From: Laetmonice hystrix
Taxonomy: Eukaryota
Assembly (NCBI GenBank): GCA_965235115.1
Contig: OZ249436.1
Coordinates: 50,098,001-50,162,000 of the forward strand
Reading direction: 5' to 3'
Length of the DNA stretch: 64,000 bases
In this document: positions 12,516 through 25,674 of the stretch, one piece after another
Position numbering within the stretch: the stretch's first letter is position 1
Layout of the letters: each line of letters opens with the position of its first letter
The notes under the pieces: generated by a model
Databases searched by the model: none
What the model saw: only the letters and a program-made list of their open reading frames with translations
Told to the model about the DNA's origin: nothing
Position numbers and translations under genes: made by a program

Positions 12516-14068
12516 TTAAGAAAAGTATCGCTCCACGAACTCGTTCCTCTTCACTAAGCCACGTTGGTAGGGCTGGCCTCGCCTATCTTGCACCCTGTCA
12601 TTACCGTTTGCAGCCTCATGTGCCATAACATCTCGCACGAAGTGCTCATCCACGTCCAACTCCTGGCCCTCCTGGATCGCTAGATTGTGAAGTGTGCAGC
12701 AAGCAATGATAATGAGAGAGGCCTTTTGTGGACTGACCATTAAATAGCCTGATGACTTGTCTAAGACTCTGAAAAAATAAATATATTTTAAAAAGAGAAG
12801 GTTAGTTTTAAATGCAATTTTAAACCTGAAATATGTTTATGTAGTATTTACCAAGTAAATACTTGGTTTGAGTCTTCCAGACTAGACGACTTTAAATGCT
12901 AACAATCCATGGAGTTTATCTGAACCTCTGTTTCAGTACACCAAAAGCTCTCTCTACTGTCGTCCGCGTCGAGATAAATGCACGATTATACCGGTGTTCA
13001 GCCTGGGTGACTGGATGAGCAATTGGTGTCAAGAGATAATCCCGTAGACCATATCTGTAATACCGGTCATGCTTAATAAGCATATTTTTGAACTGCAAGC
13101 TGGCTAATATCAATGAACTTTAAAGTTAAAGTTTGTCATGACTTAGAAAATAATTACCCGGAATCACCTAGAAGGACATATGGCCCAAACCCATCTCTCA
13201 TGGCAACCTGACCGCAGGCAGACTCCTCAAAAACCCACTGGTCGTGTGAAGAGCCTGGCATGTAGGAGGAGATGAAAAGGAAGCGAAGGTCTGGTCCACA
13301 TCCAGCCTGTAGAGGAGCAAGTGGAAATCATTTGGGGGTAAAATTCAGAACTGAATTATTCGGGAAAAATATTTAGAAGAATGCAATTTCTGTTTTGTGG
13401 AAATTTTATTTTTTTAACTTGCCATCGCATTCATGGCGTGGTACTGCTTCCGACATAGGTATGTCTCGCGATGGGCAGCGAATGGAAATTAGCGTGCTAT
13501 AAATGCATCCTATGGTGCGGGGGAACCGATTCTTTGCAAAAAAAAACTCTAGCTATCTTGGCCCTCTGATACCCGCGAGGAAATCTGATATATCTGATGG
13601 AAGCATCAAAAACAAAATCTCAAAAAGATCACAAATTACATTATCACAGATCCATGAAGAAAGCATGAAGAAATCTCGACTCTGGCAGCTGTTTACGTAT
13701 CACCCGTAAGGAGGTGGGGTAATTTATGTATGATAAATACTATTCCTCCCGTTGAAGCATAGATATTTTACGAAAAGTAACTCGTATATCAAAGTCACTT
13801 AACATTACCATTGTGTCAAATTTGCTCAAAAATTATACGGAAATGAGATTCACTCGTGAAAATATCACACACTTACACGCTCCTCATGAGAGAGGCCGCC
13901 TGCCTTTCTGGACCCTTTCGTAGCAAACTGAGAACCGCCAAAATCGCGTGCCAGTCTTCTTACTAAATCCTTCGATAGCCTGTATCTTCTCCGAAATTTT
14001 CTCTGATTATAACGAATAAGTGGATTTATCCTCGGAAAAAACTCTCGTTTGCGCCTTACAGCCGCCAT
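12516..14068 (-). pseudogene. Spliced HARBI1-like DDE transposase, inactivated
   Basis: Exons 14068-13877 (FRRRYRLSK), 13593-13423 (YIRFP..FPRTIGCIYSTLI..YLCRKQYHAMNAM), 13306-13158 (PGSSHD..LLGDSG), 13054-12920 (YGLRDYLLTP..YN..R..VERAFGVLKQRF), 12768-12516 (IIIACCTLHNL). The first catalytic motif IDGTH reads IYSTL. Two frameshifts lie in the 13593-13423 exon, the donor at 12919 is AT instead of GT, and no HTH exon is recognisable. Confidence 0.9.
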
Positions 14069-14486
14069 TTTAAGCAACAAAACACGTTGCCCGGTCTGTT
14101 GTAATGGGGTGTTATCCAGTGTTTCTTTTTTGTACCTGCATTTTTTACCCGTTTTCTGTGAGACTCTCACCCGAAAACGACGAAAATCATGAGGGTTGTT
14201 CCATGACAGCATACTCTCACAGCCTGTGATCCCAAAGGGTAGGATCATAGGTTTTTCCCGATCTGTGAGACTCTCATAGCTTTTTACTATGAGGGTCTCA
14301 TGGGAAAAGGCTTTTGTGCAATGTAAGGAGGGCTGTGAGGGTAGTATGAGATACCCTCACCACCATGATACTTATTGTGCAACGGGGGCAATATATCTCC
14401 AGGAATATTTTGTGCTATTCCACCCGTAATTCTACATAAAATTTGACGATTTGGCCTACTGAGAGTTAGTCAGCTTCTAATAGTAG

Positions 14487-14725
14487 TTGGTGTTTAACGC
14501 GCAGTCAGCAGTATTTCAGCTATAGATCTATCGGGGCGGGAAGTTTGAACTAACTTCGTCCATGATAGGAAGAACCCCGCGGACCGGGGCGAACCCCTAC
14601 TCTTTTCGATAAATGCCAATTGGATCTTTAACGTGCCCCTTCATATTGACGTATTGTTACACATCCGGCCTATGTTATAGCAGAACCTTGGAGCAAAGAT
14701 CCCGCGCTCTAACCACTGCCCCACA
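14487..14725 (-). mobile_element. Degraded tRNA-derived SINE (Nin-domain-like core)
   Basis: Minus strand reads box A CAGTGGTTAGAGCGC, then GGGCACGTTAAAGATCC..TCGAAAAGAGTAGGGG. Domain name is from recall. Confidence 0.6.
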
Positions 14726-15381
14726 ACCTCACCCCACCCCCATCCCCCTTTCTAACTGTCCTATCGCTCGACGTTTATAGTTCAGCGATCCGGCCATCGG
14801 CCGACCGATCGCTGGGAGTTAAACCTACGTGAACTTTGACCTGACGTTGAGCGATAGTCGGGCGATGGTCGACCTATGGTCGACCGACGGACTATAAACC
14901 GGCCTTTAATAATAGTTTGTAAGCTTTCTATATGACGTCCTAACGGTACAGCGTCGGTTCCAACACGTTCTGGCCTGAACAGTTACTATAGGTAATCCGT
15001 GGACCATGTCGTAACAGCTCATTGGCCTACTTGCGGACATTTAATTCACTCTCTGACAGGTTTAATATACAGGAGGTCATCTTTATTTTATCACATACAG
15101 GCTTTATCTCACAAAGATCAACACGGGATCTAATACCTTTGAGGTTGGATAATTCACAGAGAAAAATTCCACGATTCTCTAGAGGGAACTTAATTTGAGA
15201 AATAAAAGACCATAAAGATGCAGCGCTGTTTGTTCTCACTTAGCGGGGATGGACACTTCAGTCCCGATATGAAAGATTGATCTGTCCCAGCTGCTGCTTT
15301 ACGGAGAGTTCACATCTTGAGCTTGCGCCATCTTCACGGAACGTTCCGAATGTACCCTTCGAGTTTATTACATCTGTGTGC

Positions 15382-16888
15382 CATGATCCTCTCTCACGAC
15401 CAACGAAATATAACTCATGATCCTCTCTCTCGATCAACGAAATATAACTCATGATCCTCTCTCTCGATCAACGAAATATAACTCATGATCCTCTCTCACG
15501 ATCAACGAAATATAACTCATGATCCTCTCTCATGATCAACGAAATATAACTCATGATCCTCTCTCACGATCAACGAAATATAACTCATGTTCAACGAAAT
15601 ATAACTCATGATCCTCTCTCATGATCAACGAAATATAACTCATGATCCTCTCTCATGATCAACGAAATATAACTCATGATCCTCTCTCACGATCAACGAA
15701 ATATAACTCATGATCCTCTCTCACGATCAACGAAATATAACTCATGATCCTCTCTCACGACCAACGAAATATAACTCATGATCCTCTCTCTCGATCAACG
15801 AAATATAACTTATGATCAACGAAATATAACCCATGATCCTCTCTCTCGATCAACGAAATATAACTCATGATCCTCTCTCATGATCAACGAAATATAACTC
15901 ATGATCCTCTCTCTCGATCAACGAAATATAACTCATGATCCTCTCTCTCGATCAACGAAATATAACTCATGATCAACGAAATATAACGCATGATCCTCTC
16001 TCATGATCAACGAAATATAACTCATGATCCTCTCTCATGATCAACGAAATATAACTCATGATCAACGAAATATAACTCATGATCCTCTCTCTCGATCAAC
16101 GAAATATAACTCATGATCCTCTCTCTCGATCAACGAAATATAACTCATGATCCTCTCTCACGATCAACGAAATATAACTCATGATCCTCTCTCAGGATCA
16201 ACGAAATATAACTCATGATCCTCTCTCACGATCAACGAAATATAACTCATGATCCTCTCTCTCGATCAACGAAATATAACTCATGATCCTCTCTCTCGAT
16301 CAACGAAATATAACTCATGATCCTCTCTCTCGATCAACGAAATATAACTCATGATCAACGAAATATAACCCATGATCCTCTCTCTCGATCAACGAAATAT
16401 AACTCATGATCCTCTCTCACGATCAACGAAATATAACTCATGATCAACGAAATATAACTCATGATTCTCTCTCTCGATCAACGAAATATAACTCATGATC
16501 CTCTCTCACGATCAATGAAATATAACTCATGATCCTCTCTCACGATCAACGAAATATAACTCATGATCCTCTCTCACGACCAACGAAATATAACTCATGA
16601 TCCTCTCTCACGATCAACGAAATATAACTCATGATCCTCTCTCACGATCAACGAAATATAACTCATGATCCTCTCTCACGACCAACGAAATATAACTCAT
16701 GATCCTCTCTCACGATCAACGAAATATAACTCATGAGCATCTCTCTCGATCAACGAAATATAACTCATGATCCTCTCTCTTGATCAACGAAATATAACTC
16801 ATGATCCTCTCTCACGATCAACGAAATATAACCCATGATCAACGAAATATAACTCATGATCCTCTCTCTCGATCAACGAAATAGAACT
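15382..16888. repeat. 34 bp minisatellite with interspersed 21 bp deletion units
   Basis: Unit CATGATCCTCTCTC(A/T)CGATCAACGAAATATAACT; short unit CATGATCAACGAAATATAACT. Confidence 0.98.
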
Positions 16889-19800
16889 ATCTCTCCCTCA
16901 AATTTCGAACGCTTGACTTCGTTCTGATACTAGCTCTTTGGTGACTATCATAAGACAATACCCATGCACCTCCATCAGAGGTTCCAAAATGACTCATAAA
17001 CCTGATGTATTAAAGGTGGTCAATTCTACAATACGCGCAGCCACTTCCCCACACCAGCTGTTGCCCCATTCTTCGACCCTTACAAACAGTAATTGGTCCT
17101 GAGGATTGTTTTTAGCCTCGACCGTCTTCTCGATAAGTAGCGGTATCAAGAACCCTCGTGTTTGTGTCCCCACAGTTACGTGGAAGAAAATTAAAGGGAT
17201 CCAATTGCATCAACATTTCCAGAGATAACCTGTCCTGTCTGTATAATTACAACGATCTACCTCATTGTGTGTCGATTTACTTCTACAATAGCGAAACTGG
17301 AGGAGCAAACGTACCATTCTCCGCTTGCACGGTGCGATCGGATTTTACCCTGGGTTTGTTGACATTCCTTCCCGAGAGCAACCGTCTGACTAAACACCGA
17401 AACCGGCCAAAACTGACGGAAACTGACCAAAAACAACATGGAGGTCGGTGTCATTATATGCTAAGGTCGGTTTCAGTAAATTCGCTCGGTGTCGGTGTTT
17501 AGTTTCTACTATTTCCAACAATGAAGTTTTCCCCCAGTTTACAGATTGAAGTAGGCCCTACTGGTCCTAAATTCAGTCCTAACCCGTAGGACCGTTAGTG
17601 CAACCTGCCCCTGGATCCGGCCCTGCTAATAACCTTCACCCCGTGGCTACGGGAAGTGGGATAACGTAGTGAAATCGTTGTCCAGAAGGCGATTGGCACA
17701 GTTCTCTGAGACCGTACGGGAAGGTTAATATCTCGAACATGAAGTCACCTACCAAATCTAGTACATCTCTTTATTAGCATAATTATCATACTTTAATTCC
17801 CCTTCCTTTAAAGAAGAAGTGGGCCGATTGCTACTATTAGGCGTATGTAGGTCTGTAATGTAAATAGATAGAGTGGAATGTAATGGTATGGACGTCTGGT
17901 TCGTTCGGCAGGATATACAGGCCTATCGACTTTCTCACCCAGCTAGACCGGGAACCCTGATAAGGTGGTCACTATAGCTAATTTGACATCTGGCCACAGA
18001 TGGAAATACAATACAGGGACCCCACTGTGAAATGTGCTGACGGAATATCCATCAGGAACATCTGTAACCAGATAAAGTCACCCCAGGTTGTGTTGTGGAT
18101 GTTTCTGTAAGGACCTGCTGCCGTCCACTTTTATAGTCCTCTCATCTTGTCTTATGGAATGGGAAAAGTGCTGGTAAAGCAATGCCATATTTAGGTTGAG
18201 ATTGCTGAGATTGCCGAAATGAGGATGATGAGATGAGAAAAGACAAAATGTTTACTACGCATATTTTTTTTCATTTCTAATTTATCAATTTGAATATAAC
18301 TCCGATCATCGGTATCAAAGTAATAATGAAATATACGCCGTGGGAATTTTCCGATCGTAAGCCAGCATTTTCCGATCGTAAACCGCCATTTTCTCTTGGA
18401 AACTGTGGAAACCCCTTTTACGTTTCTCACCAAAATTAATCTCCCTTTTTAGTGAATTATGAGTGTGCCACTGGGCCGAAAGTGATATTAAACATAAATC
18501 CCAGGAAAGATACCCTTGTCACTAAATACAAAGAGTTTAGCCATATGGTTTCCATCCTTTCGGGACAAGGTAAGAATAAACGTAAGACAGAGCTGCCAAA
18601 ATGGTTATCTCAACTACCTACCCTGTATTATCTGTTGAATATCTCCTCCTAAAAGGTTTCCTTTTGTATAAGCGTGCGATGAATGTCGGTCAACTCTGCC
18701 GCTTAATCTTATTTCTATGAAGTTTATTAGTGTGAACGCAACTTCTATGCTCCTTCATATATCTCTTTATAGGGCTGCAGAAATACCTGCCATCTAAGGA
18801 GTTCGGCAGCCCCTTTAATTCAGCGGATCATCGCCCATGTCAAGTGATTCTACCCTATAGCTTCCTAATTGCACGTTTCATGATGCTCCCCGTATAGCGC
18901 TGACACTGAAGACTAATTGTGGTGATGATAGAGTAGACACCTCGAGGGCGGTACCAAGGTACGTCGTAACTGAAGACCACATACTTTGTCTCCTTATAGT
19001 AATGATACGGGAGAAGAGCCGCTAGTACAAAGCGACCGGGAGAAGAATAGCGGACGACAGAGTGTGTCGGATAAAACAAGGTTGTCGTCTAAAGAGGAGG
19101 CCACAAAAATCAGCTTGAAATATTCTATGGTGAAGATATATTGGTAGAACATTAGTTAATAAGCCCCAAGGCTTCCGTTGTTGTTCGAAACAGGTCAATT
19201 ATCTTGTAGTAAAAATTGTTTTCCTGTAACCATAGAGTGCGTCGGCGATGGTAAATGTGAAAGATGTTTTTATAATCATGTTTTCGTTGAGAAGCGATAT
19301 TCCGCCATCAGGACACTTAATCTAGGATATTGGAAGACACGCTCATTTAGTTTTACTAAAATCTTTCCTAGAAATTTGGGAACACCTTGTAAAGTCATGA
19401 CTCTGCGCTAGGCGTACATCGCTGCATGCACTGACGAACCGTTGAATTGTATTAAGAGAAAGAAATAAAATTAAATGAAGATAATAAATAATAGTAAAAA
19501 ATTATCCGAATCATTCCAATATTATATCGAATGATGCGATATCAAATGTTGGGGGTCATTTCGACAAGATGCCAAAAGTTTGTTAGATAGCATAATGGCG
19601 CGGCATGGGGGAGGGTTTGCTTAGGTACACAACACTGCAACAATGCAGTTCGCATATACTAACTATAGTGACTATACCCACTCAGCAAGTTACCCTCTTT
19701 TTGGCGTGCCATAATTGAAAAGACAACCTAGATGTGGTTCTCCTTGTATCAAATCGGTGTTTGGTTTCGTAGCAAAAGCTGAAAAGGTTAAAATACATTT

Positions 19801-21746
19801 AGATTATTTACTGTCTGATATGCTTTCGTCGTTTTAAGGGGTTCATTATGTCTAAACCAACAAAAGTGGCTTTTCCCAAGAATATTGATTGTTTCCAGAC
19901 AGTGAAGACAGATTAAATTCTATTGGCACTACCGAAGGGACAGGCCAAAATCTGCGAGATTCGAAAATCTTTGACAGCTCCTTGTCTGGAAACTGGAGGG
20001 GACTGCTGGGTTACCGGGGGTAATAACTATTTCATGTGAAATACACTAGGCCTATATGCTGCTGCGAGGACTGCTGCGACCCCCCCCCCCCCCCCGGTGG
20101 GCAGGGGCTTGGTGGCCGGTAGTTAGCGGGGGGGGGGGGGCGACTCACTACAGGCATAATATATGTGAAAGGAATCCAAGTCCCCCTGAAAATGCAAGTC
20201 TGACGGACCTGCATTCCCAGGACTTGGAGTTGGTGATGTTGTTTTATTGAAAAATTTCTTCATAATCCTATCCGTAATCCTAACCTTAACCCCAATCATT
20301 TTTTATTTTCTTAAATATATTGTCTTATACCACAAAGTTGATGACCTAAGTCCTGCATAACCAAGGAATCCAAGTCCAATGGACCTCCATTCCGGCAGAC
20401 CTCCATTCCTTTAACACCTGCCGCGTCTGGGTTACGAAACGACTCGTTTTCCTTCCGCGCTCTCCATCTGCCGATTGCGTCCCTATACCTTGGTTGGCTT
20501 CCCATTTTCTCTACCGACTTTGTAAAGTACAATTATGGTGACATTTTCTGACAATCTATCTTGCGTATGAACCCGAGTGTTAACAGAAGTAAGCGCACCT
20601 CGTGTGTAAGCACATGGCTTGTTTTATACCAGAAGTACTAATTTGATGACGTGTACACAAACGGAAGTGTTGATTTGAGGATTGGAAAGGTGTCATCGTC
20701 GTGAACCTAATAGCTATTCGTTTGGTCGAATAGATTTGTATTTAAGTCGTGTGTCACAAATTTGTTAATTTTAGTACTAATTTACCCCCCTGCGACACAA
20801 TGCAAGGCAATCTCGTAAAGGTAAAAGCCCTGAGACCTTACTATTGTCTGAGAGCCTCCCAGTTACTGGCGCTGCCTCCACCCACTCTTTGAAAGGCGAG
20901 TCATTGGCTTGAACGTTCCGTCAGACAGAACCTTTAACCACTCAGCCACCTCTGCCACACATATCTCTGTGCAGTGTTGCGCGTAAAATAACATCTATAA
21001 CTTATCGACATGTTGTGTCTGGTATAGAGATTTCTTCCTATATGAACCTTCAAATCATCATCATAAATGGACTCAGTAAAATCTAATGAAGAAATTTGTT
21101 TTCGCAAAGATGACAATAATCTCCTGAGCGTAAACCAAACAATCAATCAAATGGAACCAGATTAGACGTGCCTGTAATGTGCCAATAAGGTGCAGCCAAC
21201 ATTCCCAGGAGGATATTAGAATTATGTTAATAGAAGTACACGAGGTGGCCTTGCTTATAACAGCCTATATTAGATCATTACTTATTACTCTCAAGCAATT
21301 TGGCCACTCATATCTTTCTGACAAAATACAGATCTCTCCACTGATATTTACTTCAAACATTTAGTTAAAATTACTTTTAAACTACTTCACTTAAGGCGTC
21401 CAGCACATTAACAATCTTACAGAGAGTCAACGTTGCTTGAAGTGAGTAGATGTCAGATATCAACGTTATAAACGTGGAGGATACGGCAGGAGTGGCATAA
21501 TTATCTTTATTTACATGGAATCGAGCTGTAGTAATGTACTCTTTGGAATTCGTTTGAATACCTCTCATTTACTTTTTACCAATCCAATTTATTCTATGCG
21601 TACAACCTGACACGAAACGCCCGCAACGATTCTGGCCCACTGTTCTCTCATCAGACAAACTGTTCTGGCTTAACGAACTTCGCAGAATCCTGAAAGATCC
21701 CGTGTAATTCGGAAGGAGCGGGGCCAATTGGCGGAGGTTTCGCTTT

Positions 21747-24700
21747 CGGCCTCACTCCGTGTAGTGCTACTGTGACTATCTCTGGGGGGTCGCCTTGCGG
21801 CCTCACTCCGTGTAGTGCTACTGTGACTATCTCTGGGGGGTCGCCTTGCGGCCTCACCCCGTGTAGTGGTACTGTGACTATCTCTGGGGGGTCGCCTTGC
21901 GGCCTCACTCCGTGTAGTGCTACTGTGACTATCTCTGGGGGGGTCGCCTTGCGGCCTCACCCCGTGTCGTGCTACTGTGACTATCTCTGGGGGGTCGCCT
22001 TGCGGCCTCACCCCGTGTAGTGCTACTGTGACTATCTCTGGGGGGTCGCCTTGCGGCCTCACCCCGTGTAGTGGTACTGTGACTATCTCTGGGGGGTCGC
22101 CTTGCGGCCTCACTCCGTGTAGTGCTACTGTGACTATCTCTGGGGGGTCGCCTTGCGGCCTCACCCCGTGTAGTGCTACTGTGACTATCTCTGGGGGGTC
22201 GCCTTGCGGCCTCACCCCGTGTAGTGGTACTGTGACTATCTCTGGGGGGTCGCCTTGCGGCCTCACTCCGTGTAGTGCTACTGTGACTATCTCTGGGGGG
22301 GTCGCCTTGCGGCCTCACCCCGTGTCGTGCTACTGTGACTATCTCTGGGGGGTCGCCTTGCGGCCTCACCCCGTGTAGTGCTACTGTGACTATCTCTGGG
22401 GGTCGGTCGCCTTGCGGCCTCACCCCGTGTAGTGCTACTGTGACTATCTCTGGGGGGTCGCCTTGCGGCCTCACCCCGTGTAGTGCTACTGTGACTATCT
22501 CTGGGGGGTCGCCTTGCGGCCTCACCCCGTGTAGTGCTACTGTGACTATCTCTGGGGGGTCGCCTTGCGGCCTCACCCCGTGTCGTGCTACTGTGACTAT
22601 CTCTGGGGGTCGGTCGCCTTGCGGCCTCACCCCGTGTAGTGCTACTGTGACTATCTCTGGGGGGTCGCCTTGCGGCCTCACTCCGTGTAGTGCTACTGTG
22701 ACTATCTCTGGGGGGTCGCCTTGCGGCCTCACCCCGTGTCGTGCTACTGTGACTATCTCTGGGGGGTCGCCTTGCGGCCTCACCCCGTGTAGTGCTACTG
22801 TGACTATCTCTGGGGGGTCGCCTTGCGGCCTCACTCCGTGTAGTGCTACTGTGACTATCTCTGGGGGGTCGCCTTGCGGCCTCACCCCGTGTAGTGCTAC
22901 TGTGACTATCTCTGGGGGGTCGCCTTGCGGCCTCACCCCGTGTAGTGCTACTGTGACTATCTCTGGGGGTCGCCTTGCGGCCTCACCCCGTGTAGTGCTA
23001 CTGTGACTATCTCTGGGGGGTCGCCTTGCGGCCTCACCCCGTGTCGTGCTACTGTGACCATCTCTGGGGGGTCGCCTTGCGGCCTCACCCCGTGTAGTGA
23101 TATTGTGACTATCTCTGGGGGGTCGCCTTGCGGCCTCACCCCGTGTAGTGCTACTGTGACCATCTCTGGGGGGTCGCCTTGCGGCCTCACCCCGTGTCGT
23201 GCTACTGTGACTATCTCTGGGGGTCGGTCGCCTTGCGGCCTCACCCCGTGTAGTGCTACTGTGACTATCTCTGGGGGTCGGTCGCCTTGCGGCCTCACCC
23301 CGTGTAGTGCTACTGTGACTATCTCTGGGGGGTCGCCTTGCGGCCTCACCCCGTGTAGTGCTACTGTGACTATCTCTGGGGGGTCGGTCGCCTTGCGGCC
23401 TCACCCCGTGTAGTGCTACTGTGACTATCTCTGGGGGGTCGGTCGCCTTGCGGCCTCACCCCGTGTAGTGCTACTGTGACTATCTCTGGGGGGTCGCCTT
23501 GCGGCCTCACCCCGTGTAGTACTACTGTGACTATCTCTGGGGGGTCGGTCGCCTTGCGGCCTCACCCCGTGTAGTGCTACTGTGACTATCTCTGGGGGGT
23601 CGGTCGCCTTGCGGCCTCACCCCGTGTAGTGCTACTGTGACTATCTCTGGGGGGTCGCCTTGCGGCCTCACCCCGTGTAGTGCTACTGTGACTATCTCTG
23701 GGGGGTCGGTCGCCTTGCGGCCTCACCCCGTGTAGTGCTACTGTGACTATCTCTGGGGGGTCGGTCGCCTTGCGGCCTCACCCCGTGTAGTGCTACTGTG
23801 ACTATCTCTGGGGGGTCGCCTTGCGGCCTCACCCCGTGTAGTACTACTGTGACTATCTCTGGGGGGTCGCCTTGCGGCCTCACCCCGTGTAGTACTACTG
23901 TGACTATCTCTGGGGGGTCGGTCGCCTTGCGGCCTCACTCCGTGTAGTGCTACTGTGACTATCTCTGGGGGTCGGTCGCCTTGCGGCCTCACCCCGTGTA
24001 GTACTACTGTGACTATCTCTGGGGGGTCGCCTTGCGGCCTCACCCCGTGTAGTGCTACTGTGACTATCTCTGGGGGGTCGCCTTGCGGCCTCACCCCGTG
24101 TAGTGCTACTGTGACTATCTCTGGGGGGTCGCCTTGCGGCCTCACCCCGTGTAGTGCTACTGTGACTATCTCTGGGGGGTCGCCTTGCGGCCTCACCCCG
24201 TGTCGTGCTACTGTGACTATCTCTGGGGGGTCGCCTTGCGGCCTCACTCCGGGTAGTGCTACTGTGACTATCTCTGGGGGGTCGCCTTGCGGCCTCACCC
24301 CGTGTAGTACTACTGTGACTATCTCTGGGGGGTCGCCTTGCGGCCTCACCCCGTGTAGTGCTACTGTGACTATCTCTGGGGGTCGGTCGCCTTGCGGCCT
24401 CACCCCGTGTAGTACTACTGTGACTATCTCTGGGGGGTCGCCTTGCGGCCTCACCCCGTGTAGTGCTACTGTGACTATCTCTGGGGGTCGGTCGCCTTGC
24501 GGCCTCACCCCGTGTAGTACTACTGTGACTATCTCTGGGGGGTCGCCTTGCGGCCTCACCCCGTGTAGTGCTACTGTGACTATCTCTGGGGGTCGGTCGC
24601 CTTGCGGCCTCACCCCGTGTAGTGCTACTGTGACTATCTCTGGGGGGTCGCCTTGCGGCCTCACCCCGTGTCGTGCTACTGTGACTATCTCTGGGGGGTC

Positions 24701-25674
24701 GCCTTGCGGCCTCACTCCGGGTAGTGCTACTGTGACTATCTCTGGGGGGTCGCCTTGCGGCCTCACCCCGTGTAGTGCTACTGTGACTATCTCTGGGGGT
24801 CGGTCGCCTTGCGGCCTCACCCCGTGTAGTGCTACTGTGACCATCTCTGGGGGGTCGCCTTGCGGCCTCACCCCGTGTAGTGCTACTGTGACTATCTCTG
24901 GGGGGTCGCCTTGCGGCCTCACTCCGGGTAGTGCTACTGTGACTATCTCTGGGGGTCGGTCGCCTTGCGGCCTCACCCCGTGTAGTGCTACTGTGACCAT
25001 CTCTGGGGGGTCGCCTTGCGGCCTCACTCCGGGTAGTGCTACTGTGACTATCTCTGGGGGGTCGCCTTGCGGCCTCACTCCGGGTAGTGCTACTGTGACT
25101 ATCTCTGGGGGGTCGCCTTGCGGCCTCACCCCGTGTAGTGCTACTGTGACCATCTCTGGGGGGTCGCCTTGCGGCCTCACCCCGTGTAGTACTACTGTGA
25201 CCATCTCTGGGGGGTCGCCTTGCGGCCTCACCCCGTGTAGTGCTACTGTGACTATCTCTGGGGGTCGGTCGCCTTGCGGCCTCACCCCGTGTAGTGCTAC
25301 TGTGACTATCTCTGGGGGGTCGCCTTGCGGCCTCACTCCGGGTAGTGCTACTGTGACCATCTCTGGGGGGTCGCCTTGCGGCCTCACCCCGTGTAGTGCT
25401 ACTGTGACTATCTCTGGGGGTCGGTCGCCTTGCGGCCTCACCCCGTGTAGTGCTACTGTGACTATCTCTGGGGGGTCGCCTTGCGGCCTCACTCCGTGTA
25501 GTGCTACTGTGACTATCTCTGGGGGGTCGCCTTGCGGCCTCACCCCGTGTAGTGCTACTGTGACTATCTCTGGGGGGTCGCCTTGCGGCCTCACTCCGTG
25601 TAGTGCTACTGTGACCATCTCTGGGGGGTCGCCTTGCGGCCTCAACCCGTGTAGTGCTACTGTGACCATCTCTC
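21747..25674. repeat. 51 bp GC-rich minisatellite, ~75 copies
   Basis: Unit CGGCCTCACCCCGTGTAGTGCTACTGTGACTATCTCTGGGGGGTCGCCTTG with 50/52/54/55 bp variants. Confidence 0.98.

Larger units (their letters stand above)
10722..14389. mobile_element. PIF/Harbinger-superfamily DNA transposon with both ends intact, 3668 bp
   Basis: Left end GGGGTCGTTGCACAATAA; right end TTATTGTGCAACGGGGGC (13 bp perfect core CGTTGCACAATAA). AAT on both flanks (10719-21, 14390-92). Subterminal TGAG/CTCA-rich repeats at both ends. Contains a Harbinger-type transposase. Confidence 0.9.

Noticed and set aside
21385..21440. GPCR TM6 exon (CWTP on the minus strand)
   Set aside because: CWTP is followed immediately by TAA and lacks the preceding hydrophobic TM6 context.
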